Assembly: GCA_951406725.2 (NCBI GenBank)
Contig: OX597828.1
Location: 36,146,001 to 36,210,000 of the forward strand
Direction of reading: 5' to 3'
Source: Octopus vulgaris
Lineage: Eukaryota
DNA: 64,000 bases
A model generated the notes under the pieces. That model did not search any database. It was not told the DNA's origin and saw only the letters and a list, made by a program, of their open reading frames with translations. A program made the translations under genes and the position numbers. Shown one piece after another: positions 51,997 to 64,000 of the stretch (position 1 is its first letter; each line of letters opens with the position of its first letter).

Positions 51997-52380
51997 GCAT
52001 GGCTGTGAGGTAAGAAGCTTGATTCCCAACCACAAGCCTTCAGGTTCAATCTCACTACATAGCAACTTCGGCAAGTGTCTTCTACTATAGCCCCAAGCTG
52101 ACAAAAGCCTTGAGAGTAAATTTCGTAGATGGAAACTATGTGGAAGCCTGTCATATGTGTGTGTGTGTGTCTTTGTATTTGTCCCCATCACTGCTTGACG
52201 ACCAATGTTGGTTTGTTTACACCCATGAACTTGGTTCAGTAAAAGAAGACCAATAGAAAAAGCACCAGGCTTTAAAAGAAAAAAATAAGTACTGGGAGTA
52301 AATTTGTTCAACTAAAACTCTTCTAGGTGGTGCCCCAGCATGGCCACAGTCCAATGGCTGAAACAAGTAAAAGATAAAAG
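51997..52380 (+). mobile_element. SINE A (diverged)
   Basis: Head to tail match. Confidence 0.8.
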
Positions 52381-52921
52381 GCAAAGAAAGGACAGAACAA
52401 TGATGGAGAGAAAAAGGAAGAAACAGCAAGTGAAAGGGGCACTAGAGGGAGAGGGGGAGAGAAAAAGAGGGAGAGAGAGAGAAAGAGAAAGGGGGCAGTA
52501 GAGAGAGAGAGAGAGGGGGAGACAGAGAGGGAAAGAGAAAGGGAGAGACAATGAAAGACAGAGAGAAAGAAAAAGGGAGAGACAGTGAGCAAGAGAGGGA
52601 GAGAGAGGGCCAACTAACTCTATTATTACCACCTGTCACCAAACCATCAGCTAGGTCAATGTACTGATATGGACACAATAATAATAATAATAATAATAAG
52701 TAAGACTAATAACTATCAGAAACAGTTTCATGTTTTACCTTTGACTAGTAACAAAGTCAGTGATGTATGAAAATTAGCATGGCATTGATTTCATTCACAC
52801 ACCCCTTCCATCATCAAATTATTTCCGGTGCTCAACTTTCCTCTCACACCTCATTTTGGGGAGAAACAAAATGAAAAATTTAAGTGCAGTATTCACACAC
52901 AAACACGTGCACACTCACGCA

Positions 52922-53560
52922 TATCATCATCATCATTGTTTAATGTCCGCTTTCCATACTGGCATGGGTTGGATAGTTTCACTGAGGACAGGCAAGCCAG
53001 AAGACTGCACAAGGCTCCAATCTGATCTGGCAAGGTTTCTACAGCTGGATGGCCTTCCTAATGCCAAGAATGTAATGGGTGCTTTTTATGTGCTGCCAGC
53101 ATGAGGGCTAGTCAGGCGGTACTGGCATCGATTACACTCAAATGGTGCTTTTTACATGCCACTAGCATGACAGCCAATCAGGCAGCACTGGCATCAACCA
53201 TGTTAATATGGTGCATTTTACGTGCCACCGACATGGGAGCCAGTCTGGTGGGACTGGCATTGACCACGCCCAAATGGTGCATTTTACATGCCACCAGCAT
53301 TGGTGCCAGTCAGGCGGTACTGGCATCGGTCACAACAATGATTTGACTCAACAGGTCTTCTCAAGCCCAGTATATTACCCAATGATTGAAGGGTACTCTT
53401 AAATGGACTGGTTATGCGACACTGGCATGACCATGGTTACGGTCTCACTTGGCTTGCCGGGTCTTCTCAAGCACAGCACATCTCCAAAGGTTTTGGTTGC
53501 TTGTCATTGCCTCCATGATGGTTGTGCTTCACCACCTCATCCCAGGTCTTCCTGGCTCTA
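52922..53560 (-). mobile_element. Longest family C copy: RTE-like LINE ORF2 C-terminus plus 3' UTR
   Basis: Minus-strand RARKTWDEVVKH../MEAMTSNQNLWRCAVLEKTRQAK* (GRPRKTW-type RTE end), then a UTR with tandem units of about 60 bp and a (GAT)n tail. Confidence 0.8.
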
Positions 53561-53860
53561 CAGAGTATAAAAGTGATAATCCACTTTCCTCCCCTCTCAT
53601 GTCTCATTCTGGAGAGCAACAAAATGTGAAAGTTGAGAGCAGTTTAAATCAACTGAGTTTCACAATGGTCTATTATTTACCAAGCTTGGACACTTGCAAA
53701 TTCTACTTTGATGACAGACCTGTATCTCACACACCACTGTCTTATGCAGAATTCACTCGGATACAGAAGCTTCAAAGAAAATTCTAAACCAACAAGACCC
53801 AAGAGAGGAAGGACTTCCTTCGAGGAAACATAAGACAGAGTGCAGCAATATCCAGACAGA

Positions 53861-54485
53861 AGCTGCAAAAAGACAGGGATTCAAAAGGAGTAGGGTAAGA
53901 AGGGGAGCCTAGAGTCAAGAACAATGGAATGAAGTTGCTGAGGGTCTATGCCACATGCTGTGACATTTTCTCCAGTGGCAACTGGGTGTTGTTAGCTACC
54001 AACCCAGGCTTTGCTGCTCATCAGGCTGAAAGCAAAGAACTGTCAAGGTATTGGTCACTCTGACAGGTTCATGGTCAAGCAGTTGAGCAATTGAGACCTC
54101 TGGTGTTCTTGGCCCCCATCCTGCTCATTGCTGTCAAGGCAGAGGTTGTTGTGCACAAGTATGAGCCCCGTGAGTGAGAGTGGCTGTTCCAGCGCATCTC
54201 CCTTGTTGTCCTCCAGGGCAATGCCCTTCTCATTTTGTCTGCTGGTGCCATGAGAAATGTTTCTATATTATAAGAAGCATAGCTGCAAAAAGACAGGGAT
54301 TCAAAAGGAGTAGGGTAAGAAGGACACCCTAGAGTCAAGAACAATGGAATGAAGTTGCTGAGGGTCTACGCCACATGCTGTGACATCTTCTCCAGTGGCA
54401 ACTGGGTGTTGTTAGCTACCAACCCAGGCTTTGCTGCTCATCAGGCTGAAAGCAAAGAACTGTCAAGGTATTGATCACTCTCTGA
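53861..54485 (+). repeat. Direct repeat of about 203 bp, period 420 bp
   Basis: 53861-54063 vs 54281-54485 are nearly identical. Confidence 0.92.
53941..54273 (+). pseudogene. CRE-like non-LTR retrotransposon RLE endonuclease C-terminal remnant
   Basis: YATCCDIFS...NPGFAAHQAESKE..RY.SL(S)DRF..AIETSGVLGP...EPRE*EWLFQRISLVVLQGNALLIL, with frameshifts. Confidence 0.75.
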
Positions 54486-55229
54486 CCTATCTAGAACTAA
54501 GGGCTTATAAACCAACCATATCTGGCCAAGATAGTCAACCAGTTTTATGTCCAAAGCGGCCAGATCCAGCCTCTCACACTTATGCCATAATGTCATTTTA
54601 AAAATAAACCATCGTGAGACAGTGCATGATTAATGCAAAACAATATGAATAAATAAGCATTAAGTTTGACAGAGAAATCTGAATGCCAAAGGGTTTAAGT
54701 AAGTATCTATAGCTACATTGACCTTTGCGATCTTGTTTATCTCCCTCAAACTGACCACGAGATCTACAAGCAAATATCATCAGAATCATCATATGCTTTC
54801 CATGGGACAGTTCAACAGGGTCCAGTGAGCTGCATGGCCATGTCCAGTTCCAGTGTCAGCTTAGGCATGGTTGGTTTCTACAACTGGCCACCCCTCCTAA
54901 TTCCAGTCAATTTATAGGTGCCTCTTTTGGTTCTGCAACAAGTTAATAAGGTTGTCAATGTAACTTGCAAGACAAAACAACAAACAGGGGGAAAAAGAAA
55001 AAAGCTCTCATTTGAGAGGGAAAGGTGGCTTTATGCCAAACGTTGAAAGGTTAAAGATACGAGGACAAGTACAGGTGTATATTTTTCAATATCAAAAGGT
55101 TTAATGGTTTTTAAGAATTTTGTAGCTAGGACTCAAAAAATGCTAATTATAAGAGTAATTAAGTATTTGTTATTTAATAACAGTGTTATATCCATATGTG
55201 TTTATACACACACACATTATATTAATATA

Positions 55230-55313
<84 letters not shown>

Positions 55314-55390
55314 AGACTGCATATGTGAGTGTGTAGTGTAGCCGTAGTGAAACAACAATAATTTCATGCAAATGGAAATACATGGCCAAT

Positions 55391-55444
<54 letters not shown>

Positions 55445-55462
55445 GGTAGTAGTTGAGCAGTG

Positions 55463-55860
55463 GATTCCCAACCACATGGTTCTGGGTTCAGTCCCACTGC
55501 ATGGCACCTTGGGCAAGTGTCTTCTACTATAGCCTCAGGCCTTGTGACCAGATTTGGTAGATGGAAACTGAAATAAGAGAATTGTGTGTGAGCATGTGTG
55601 TGCGTGTATATATATATATATATAAAATCTACGAGTGTGTGTGTCTTTGTGTATGTGTTTGTCCCCCACTACCACTTGACAACTGGTGTTGGTGTGTTTA
55701 CATCCCTATAACTTAGTGGTTTGGTAAAAGACACCGACAAAATAAGTACCAGGTTCGAAAAAGAAGAAGTACTGAGGTCGATTTATTCAATTAAAAATTC
55801 TCCATGGTAATGCCCCAGCATGGTCACAGTCAAATGACTGAAACAAGCAAAACATAAAAA
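55463..55860 (+). mobile_element. SINE A
   Basis: ggttcagtcccactgcatggcaccttgggcaagtgtctt...gactgaaacaag. Confidence 0.82.
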
Positions 55861-56068
55861 AAGAAAGCTTTTATTGACAGAGTTTGTCTGCTATTATTTT
55901 TAATGGGTAGAACGACCACAAGATGGTTCTCCTTTATTGGTTTAAACTTGCCAAAAATCTACATGCTTTAGGCACCGCTGCCACCCACCCTGTACAAATG
56001 ACTTCCGTGAACAGCATCGTTACAATAATTACGCATTTTTTTGGTTTGGTTTCTTGGTTTATATTTTA

Positions 56069-56467
56069 CTAGCAGTATCGCCCGGCGTTGCTCGGGTTTG
56101 TAAGGGAAATAACTATATAAGCATTTTTAGAGAGTTATAGCCAAAAAATAGCAAAAAAATGCATTAAAAATGGGAAAAAAATTATGGTAAATTTTTTTTT
56201 AAATCGTTGACTCATTGTAGACATTTTTAAAGAGTTACTTCCCTTATATAATAGCAAAAAAATGCATTAAAATGGGGAAAAAATGATGGTAAATTTTTTT
56301 TAAAATCGTAGACTCATCGTAGACGCACGCTAATACCCAGAAGGGCTCGATATGAATCACGACTATAAGATACCCGCTTTTGGTTAAACTGCACCGCAAA
56401 ATGTGGGAGTAGTTAGGAATCTAAATCGTAGGAGACAGACACACAACTTCCCTTTTATATATAAAGA
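56069..56467 (-). mobile_element. Non-autonomous Helitron
   Basis: Minus strand A|TC...CTAG|T, subterminal hairpin cccgagcaacgccggg, no TSD, internal duplication of about 100 bp. Confidence 0.9.
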
Positions 56468-57049
56468 TGTGAAAGAAGGAAGGCCTTCCATAATGATTCT
56501 CTTGTAATTAACATTTCAACAAAATTATTTGGGTTAAACTGACTGTCACACTTTCTAACTTCTTCCTCATTTCAATACATCAATTACACCAAGTTTGGAA
56601 TGCATGGATAAAGAAGCAGAGGAAAGAGATTTGGATCAAATATCTTAATGGTGATAGACAGACAGGTGGAAGTTGTCTGGGTAGGATAAAAAGAAGGAAG
56701 TATTACAGGAAGACAAGAGTTAGACCAGTCAGAGAAGGAATTAGATTTAATAACACACACATATTCACACACATTCAGACACGCACACTCACGCAAAATC
56801 AAGTCTCTATAAACAGCTGAAAGTATAACAGGTACATATATATATATATATGTATATACATCATCATCATACACACACATAGATACATCATCATCATACA
56901 CACACACACACACATCATACACACACATATCATCATCATACACAAACACACACACATGAGTGAGTGTACATGAGGTTCAAATACTATGGAAAACACGTGT
57001 ATATGATCAGACCAGCATCACTGACATGTGTGTGTGTGTGTGTGTGTTG

Positions 57050-57143
57050 AACGTTGGGCAAGTATCTTCAACTACAGAGATGACCCAACCAAAACTTTGC
57101 AGGTGTGTTTGGAAAACAGAAACTGACAGAAAGCAGTCATTGA

Positions 57144-57233
<90 letters not shown>

Positions 57234-57263
57234 CACACACACATATATACATACACACACACA

Positions 57264-57323
<60 letters not shown>

Positions 57324-57575
57324 CACATACAAACATACATACATACATAAAACTTTCTGTGGGGTAAGGTGGCCTTCATGTTTCCCACCCTCCCGCTTGA
57401 CAACTGGTGGTTTGTTTATATCCCCATAACTTAGTGGTTCAGCAAAAGAGAACAATAGAATAAGTGCTTGACTTACAAAAAAAGTACTGGATAGATTTGC
57501 TTGAAGTAAAAAAAAAAGCCTTCATGCCAATGCTACAGCATGGCCACAGTCCAATAAATGAAACAAGTACAATGT
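57050..57575 (+). mobile_element. SINE A with a greatly expanded internal microsatellite
   Basis: Core at 57053, about 200 bp of (TA)/(TG)/(CA), tail to 57575. Confidence 0.7.
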
Positions 57576-57584
57576 AGAAGATAT

Positions 57585-58047
57585 ATGTACATGTGTATAC
57601 ACAAAAACACATACATATATATGAATATGTATAAGTGTGTGTGTGTATGTATATATATATATATATTTGTGTATATATATGTATACATATATATATATGT
57701 ATGTATACATGTATATTTATATATGCATATCTATATATATATATGTATGTATACATGTATATTTATATATGCATATCTATATTTATATATGTATATCTAT
57801 ATATGTATATGTATATTTATATATGTATATCTATATTTATACATGTATATCTATAAATGTATATGTATATCTATATACATATATATCTATATGTGTATCT
57901 ACATATATATATCTATATATATATGTATATCTATATATACATGTATGTATGTGTATATGTATAGATATATATATGTACATGTATATATATATATACATAC
58001 ATACATACATACATGTATATATATATATACATACATACATACATACA

Positions 58048-58093
<46 letters not shown>

Positions 58094-58292
58094 CATATAT
58101 CATCGTTTAATGTCTACCTTCCATGTTGGCATGGGTTGGACAGTTTGACAGGAGCCGGCCAGGCAGAAGACTACACCATACTTCTGTGACTGTATATATA
58201 AATATACATAAATATATGTGTGTATATAATATTATATATATTACATAATACATATAATATATACATGTATGTATATACGTATGTATGTATGT

Positions 58293-58330
<38 letters not shown>

Positions 58331-58350
58331 ATGTATACATACACACACAC
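57585..58350. repeat. Degenerate (TA)/(TATG)/(TATC) satellite with a family C fragment at 58100-58190
   Basis: Direct reading. Confidence 0.88.
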
Positions 58351-58627
58351 GGAACACTCAGGTCAATAGGAAAGAAGTGTTAAGCTAGGCTTGAAGAAAA
58401 GGTCAAAAGTGTGTTACTTACATAAAAGACATACTGGGTAATGGAACCAATTCTAAGGCAGTCAACACAACACACTGCTTGTGGCAGATTTGTAAGACTT
58501 TTACATCACAGCAGCCAAATCCACGTGCACCCAACAAACACCCACACTGTGATGCTCTTTTAATTAGTGGTTTCCAGTTTTTACTTATATATATATATCT
58601 CAGTTATAGTTTATGTGCGTATGTATG

Positions 58628-58671
<44 letters not shown>

Positions 58672-59118
58672 AATGGATAGATCCGGGTGTGTATGTGAGT
58701 GCCTGTGTGTGTGTGTGTAGGGTTATTATATCAGCAGGCAAGACAAACAGTTGAACTCTATCAGTGGCAGCGTGCTGGAATGGGAGATTTTTGGTAAAAA
58801 GGGATTGGAGTTTACTTTGGAGGAAGGCGGAGGCAGAGATGATAAGTTATTAGGGGAAAGGCTGTAGTAGTCGGAGATTTTGGCTATGATATATATATAA
58901 CTATCTACATACACCACACACACACACTCCTATATTTCTGTATGTGTGTGTGCGTGCGTGTGTAAATATACAGTTATATATAGGCACATACAACCTGTAC
59001 ACATGTGTGCACGCACGCACGCACACACACACGGACACAGATACAATCATTCATTATGTCAAAGAGTTTGCTTAATGGCAAGAACCTAAGTCAGTGGATA
59101 GGTAAGCAAAAGTACATC

Positions 59119-59156
<38 letters not shown>

Positions 59157-59381
59157 TATATACATGTTTATATACATACACAACACACACACACACACAA
59201 CATACATACATGCATGCACAAACATATACACACACAGAAAAGGTAAAAGAGACTTGTTCCACTGGGGCATGCAACTCAAAAGAGAACGCTTATGAAATAC
59301 CATTTTTCTCTTTCTTTTCTTTGATTTTATTTGAGGCGAAGAAGTGGCAGCAAATTGGTACATATATACATATACATATAC

Positions 59382-59415
<34 letters not shown>

Positions 59416-60304
59416 GGGGAGGGATGATGTATGTATGAAGCCTTGTGTGAGAGAAACAGAGCAAAAAGCGAGAAACAGAGGGAGGGGAGGAAAAGGGAGG
59501 GGCATGTGTGGAGTGTGGTAGTGGTGGTGGTTGGTAGAACTTCTCATGATTTCATTAGATGATGGGGGTTTGGCATGTGGGGTTTGGCAACTTTTGATTC
59601 CACTCATCTTCCTCACTTAGAGATGTTCTTAGAACAACAGTTGGGTAATGAATTCTTCAAGAAACGCTTGGAAAATTATCATCATCATCATCATCGTCAT
59701 TATTATTATTATTATTATTATTACTGTATTACATTACTCACAAGCATACACACACACACACACATACATGTACAAACATAGATACAACACAAATACATAT
59801 ATATATACATCTGTGTGTGTGTATGCATATAATGTATGCATGTATGTATGTGTGTCTGTTGTATGGTGGTGCCTTAGTTATCAATAAAAACAAATTGCAA
59901 GCTGTGTTGTCCATTCCATTCCTGAGATAAGATCCAAACACTAAAAGACCAGTCCTAATTGGCAATCTTTTGCTTCTGTCAGACTGTGGCCATGCTGGGG
60001 CTCCTCCACGAAGTGAGGGTAATCAAAAACAAACTGACCCCAGTGCATATTTACAAAAAGAATTTTTTTTTTTTGAAGCCTGTTGCTTATTCTATTGGTC
60101 TCTTTTGCCAAACTGCTAAGTTACAATGACGTAAACAAACCAACACCAGTTATCAAGTGGTGAGGTGGGGGGGAAGACACAAACACAGAAAACAGATATT
60201 AAAGGATGATGATGATCTCACACACACACACAGCCAGACAGAGGTAGCTGAGTGGTTAAATACATGTACTGGACAAAATGCATTACAATATTTGTTCTGG
60301 TTAA

Positions 60305-60500
60305 GGCAATGAGCAGAATCGTTAGCATGCCAGGCAAAATGCATAGTGGCATTTCATCTGAGTTCAAATGCAGCTGGGGTCAACTCTGTCATTCATTCCT
60401 TCAGGGTCAATAAAAATAAGTTTCAGGTAAGCACTGGGGGTCGATGTAATCATTTACCCCTTCCCGGAACTTGCTGGCCTTGTACCATAATGTGACATCA
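60305..60500 (+). mobile_element. SINE B (diverged)
   Basis: gcagaatcgttagcatgcc...gagttcaaatgc...ggggtcgatgtaatc. Confidence 0.7.
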
Positions 60501-60950
60501 GTATTTGTTCTGGTTCGGAGCTCTGAGTTCAAATCCTGGTAGGGTTAGCCCAGCCTCCCAGGATTGATAAAATAATTACTACAAGGTGATGCTGAAGCAG
60601 TTCTCTTTTCTTCCAGGTCTCACATCCTGGATGCGCCAATGAGTGAAGGACGGAAGAGCTTAAAGAGTGCCAACATCTACTTGGGATATCATAGGGTACT
60701 TAAAACAATTAGTAAAACCAAGGTAAAATACCACCAGGTTTTCTTTGATTTCAAGTGATGGCTGCAGGTGTGCATAACACACACACGTGGTTTGTGGTAA
60801 AGTATTTACTTCCCAAGCACATGGTTCCAAGTTGAGTCCCATTGTGTGGCACTTTGGGCATGTATCTTCTATTATAGCCCATGTGAATGGATTGTGTAGA
60901 TAGAAACTGAAAGAAACCTATCATATATATAAATATACACATATATATAT

Positions 60951-61110
60951 CATCATCATCATCATCATCATCGTTTAACGTCCGTTTTCCATGCTAGCAT
61001 GGGTTGGACAGTTCAACTGGGGTGTGGGAAGCCAGTAGGCTGCGCCAGGCCCAGTCTGATCTGGCAGTGTTTCTACGGCTGGATGCCCTTCCTAAATCCA
61101 ACCACTCCAT
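60951..61110 (-). mobile_element. Family C (RTE 3' end)
   Basis: (CAT)n cgtttaacgtccgttttccatgctagcatggg... Confidence 0.82.
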
Positions 61111-61352
61111 ATTATATATAATATATATATATATATTACTATAATCCAGTGATGTACAGATGTCTCTTTATGGTGACTTCATTTGTCACTACATCTGGTG
61201 AAAGTACAATCAGTGGTGGAAGAGTAGTGATGTGTGCTCCAAACCATGCAAGTCTGCAATGGACTGAATGGTCATCTGAGAGGTCATGGATAGAGTCAAA
61301 AGTGCCATTGACAATGTGAAAGCACTAATAGATAGCAATCACTGTGTATTTA

Positions 61353-61423
<71 letters not shown>

Positions 61424-61465
61424 GTCTCTTGCCTAGACATTACATGATATTTGTAAACGAGTGTT

Positions 61466-62017
61466 GGTGCTCCTTTGGTGTGTGATCTACAAGAGAGATT
61501 ATTTTGGGTGATTTTTTATTTTACTTTTCAATTTCTAAAAACCCATAAGATGTTGGCTAAAGATTTTTACAATATGATCAGCAACAAGGTAAAGGCAGCT
61601 GCATAATTACAGGAAACCAGCACTAAATTCACATCATTTCTTCAGAAAAAGAAAGGTGCTACTTTGCCGTGTGATCTACAATTTAAAGGGAGATAATTTT
61701 AGGTTATTTTGTACTAGTGCTACTTTCCATGTGATCTCCGTGTGCAAATTTAATTTGATGGGTGATCTTCATATCATCATCATCATCATCGTTTAACATC
61801 CATTTTCCATACTGGCATGGGTTGGATGGTTCGACTGGGTTCTGGGAACCCAGGAGGCTGCACCATGTCCCACTTATTTTAATTATCATATGGTTTTCTT
61901 ATTATTTTTATAGTAAGAATTTTGTAAAAATACATTTCCAATGCTAAGTATGTACAAAATAATTTAAAAAGTAACTTTAAGTAATCTTCCTTGTAGATCA
62001 CACACCAAAAGAGCACC
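61466..62017. mobile_element. Unclassified TIR DNA element containing a family C fragment (61773-61870)
   Basis: About 36-bp TIR ggtgctcctttggtgtgtgatctacaagagagatta / taatcttccttgtagatcacacaccaaaagagcacc; agtgt near both flanks. Confidence 0.8.
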
Positions 62018-62461
62018 TAAGTGTCACTCTGTAACCAAACTTCTGTGAAAAAAAACATGTCTGGTCAAAGATAAAAGTTACCTTCTTTAGAAACTGATGA
62101 GGGTTAGTGACAGGAAGGGAATGTGACTGTAGAAAATCTGTCCCAATAATTTTGTTTGATACATACAAGCATGGAAACGTAGACGTTAAAAGAATGATGA
62201 TGATGAAGAGATATATGATGACTAAGCCTGTTAAAAAATATATTGAGTTCAAATCCTACCCAAACCAAAAGGATAAAAACAAGTACTTGTCTTGAAACAC
62301 AAGTGTTAACGCAAGGGATTATGTCTGATTATGTCCCAGCATAATCGCAGCCCAATGGCTGAAAGAACAAAAGACAAATGGTCACTTGACCTGCTAAAAA
62401 TAGAAGCTAAACCTCTTTGAAATTATGCACTAAAATGAAAATCACATATAAATTGTAGTTG

Positions 62462-62790
62462 GATACCTGTGCCAGTGGCACATAAAAAGCACCATCCGAA
62501 CGTGGCCGATGCCAGTGCCGCCTCGACTGGCTTCCATGCCGGTGGCACATAAAAAGCACCAACCAATCGTGGCTGTTGCCAGCCTTCCCTGGTACCTGTG
62601 CCGGTGGCACGTAAGATGCACCCACTACACTCATGGAGTGGTTGGCGTTAGGAAGGGCATCCAGCTGTAGAAACACTGCCAGATCAGACTGGAGCCTGGT
62701 GCAGCCTCCTGGCCTCCCAGATCCCGGTCAAACCGTCCAACCCATGCTGGCATGGAAAACGGACGTTAAACAATGATGATGATGATGATT
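62462..62790 (+). mobile_element. Family C (RTE 3' end) with 3 internal repeat units
   Basis: gtggcacataaaaagcacc units, then the conserved tail and (GAT)n. Confidence 0.85.
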
Positions 62791-62859
62791 GGATAACCTG
62801 GTCCAATACAGGCAACGATTCCCTTTCCCCACAAATTGTATGATCATCATTGGAATATG

Positions 62860-63130
62860 TTAGCAGATTTTGAGGATCCTATGAAGGTATTGCTAATGGA
62901 AACATTCCAAGTGAGTCAGATATCACTGTCGGTGACCCAGATTTCTGATCCCTACAAAGGGGCAGGAATTACAGCTGTCTTATTATACACAAGTAGTTCT
63001 GTATTGGTCTCAGAGTTTCAGCATGGAAAAACTTGTGTTTGGTCATAAAAGGCAGCGACTGGCATTCCTTGCACAGTTCAAACAATGCTGGATTTTCCAT
63101 TTGTTGTTGAAGTTTGGCAAGAGAAATTGG
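62860..63130 (-). pseudogene. RTE (BovB-like) RT thumb remnant
   Basis: TELLVYNKTAVIPAPL*GSEIW../HLECFH*QYLHRILKI matches TKL.VY...V...LLYGSETW...LE.FH...LR.IL.I. Confidence 0.7.
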
Positions 63131-63299
63131 CAGCAAACACATTTCAGAAAACTCCACATACATACACATGTGTCTATGTATATAAGTGTGTGTGTGTGTG
63201 CACGCATGAACAGCATTAAACTTAAAAAGAAGACGCTCCTTAAAGGGACATAACTCAGATGAGGGAGGAAGGTGGGTAGGTTTTAGACTTGATTCCACA

Positions 63300-63825
<526 letters not shown>

Positions 63826-64000
63826 ATAGAAAAAAGTGTGAGAGAAAGAAAGGGTAAAGTGTGTTTCATTTTACAAAATGACAACAGCTGTTAGTTGCTG
63901 TGTAAAGACTGTTCTGATTGGTCAATAAGTCAGTCTGACACAATTCTCTGCTGAGAAGCATTGGAAGGGCATCAGGGTATGAATTAGTAAGGTAGTGGGG

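Overview
AT-rich eukaryotic genomic DNA, almost certainly from a cephalopod (the repeat families look like those I recall from Octopus). It is saturated with microsatellites and transposable elements, and I recognise no intact host protein-coding gene, rRNA, true tRNA or CRISPR array. Most ORFs in the track are translations of simple repeats. Supported content: about 30 copies of a tRNA-headed CORE-like SINE with an internal microsatellite (family A); a second tRNA-headed SINE with two tail variants (B); 5'-truncated 3' ends of an RTE-like LINE (C); V-SINE-like and other tRNA-derived SINEs; and decayed coding remnants of a Penelope-like element (RT + GIY-YIG), an R4/Dong LINE, a CRE-like RLE LINE, an RTE LINE, and DD34D and DD41D Tc1/mariner transposases. 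There are also hAT, mariner, piggyBac-like and Kolobok-like MITEs and a canonical non-autonomous Helitron, with many nested insertions. Best leads for novelty: a degenerate hammerhead-ribozyme-like motif near 15.03 kb plus a truncated one at the PLE end, (TAA)n targeting shared by an R4/Dong remnant and one SINE-B subfamily, a tandemly duplicated CRE-like endonuclease fragment, modular tail swapping between SINEs and the RTE LINE, and dense inverted SINE pairs that could be ADAR substrates. Family letters A-G are my own labels. Boundaries of old repeats are approximate (about 10-30 bp) and were read by eye.
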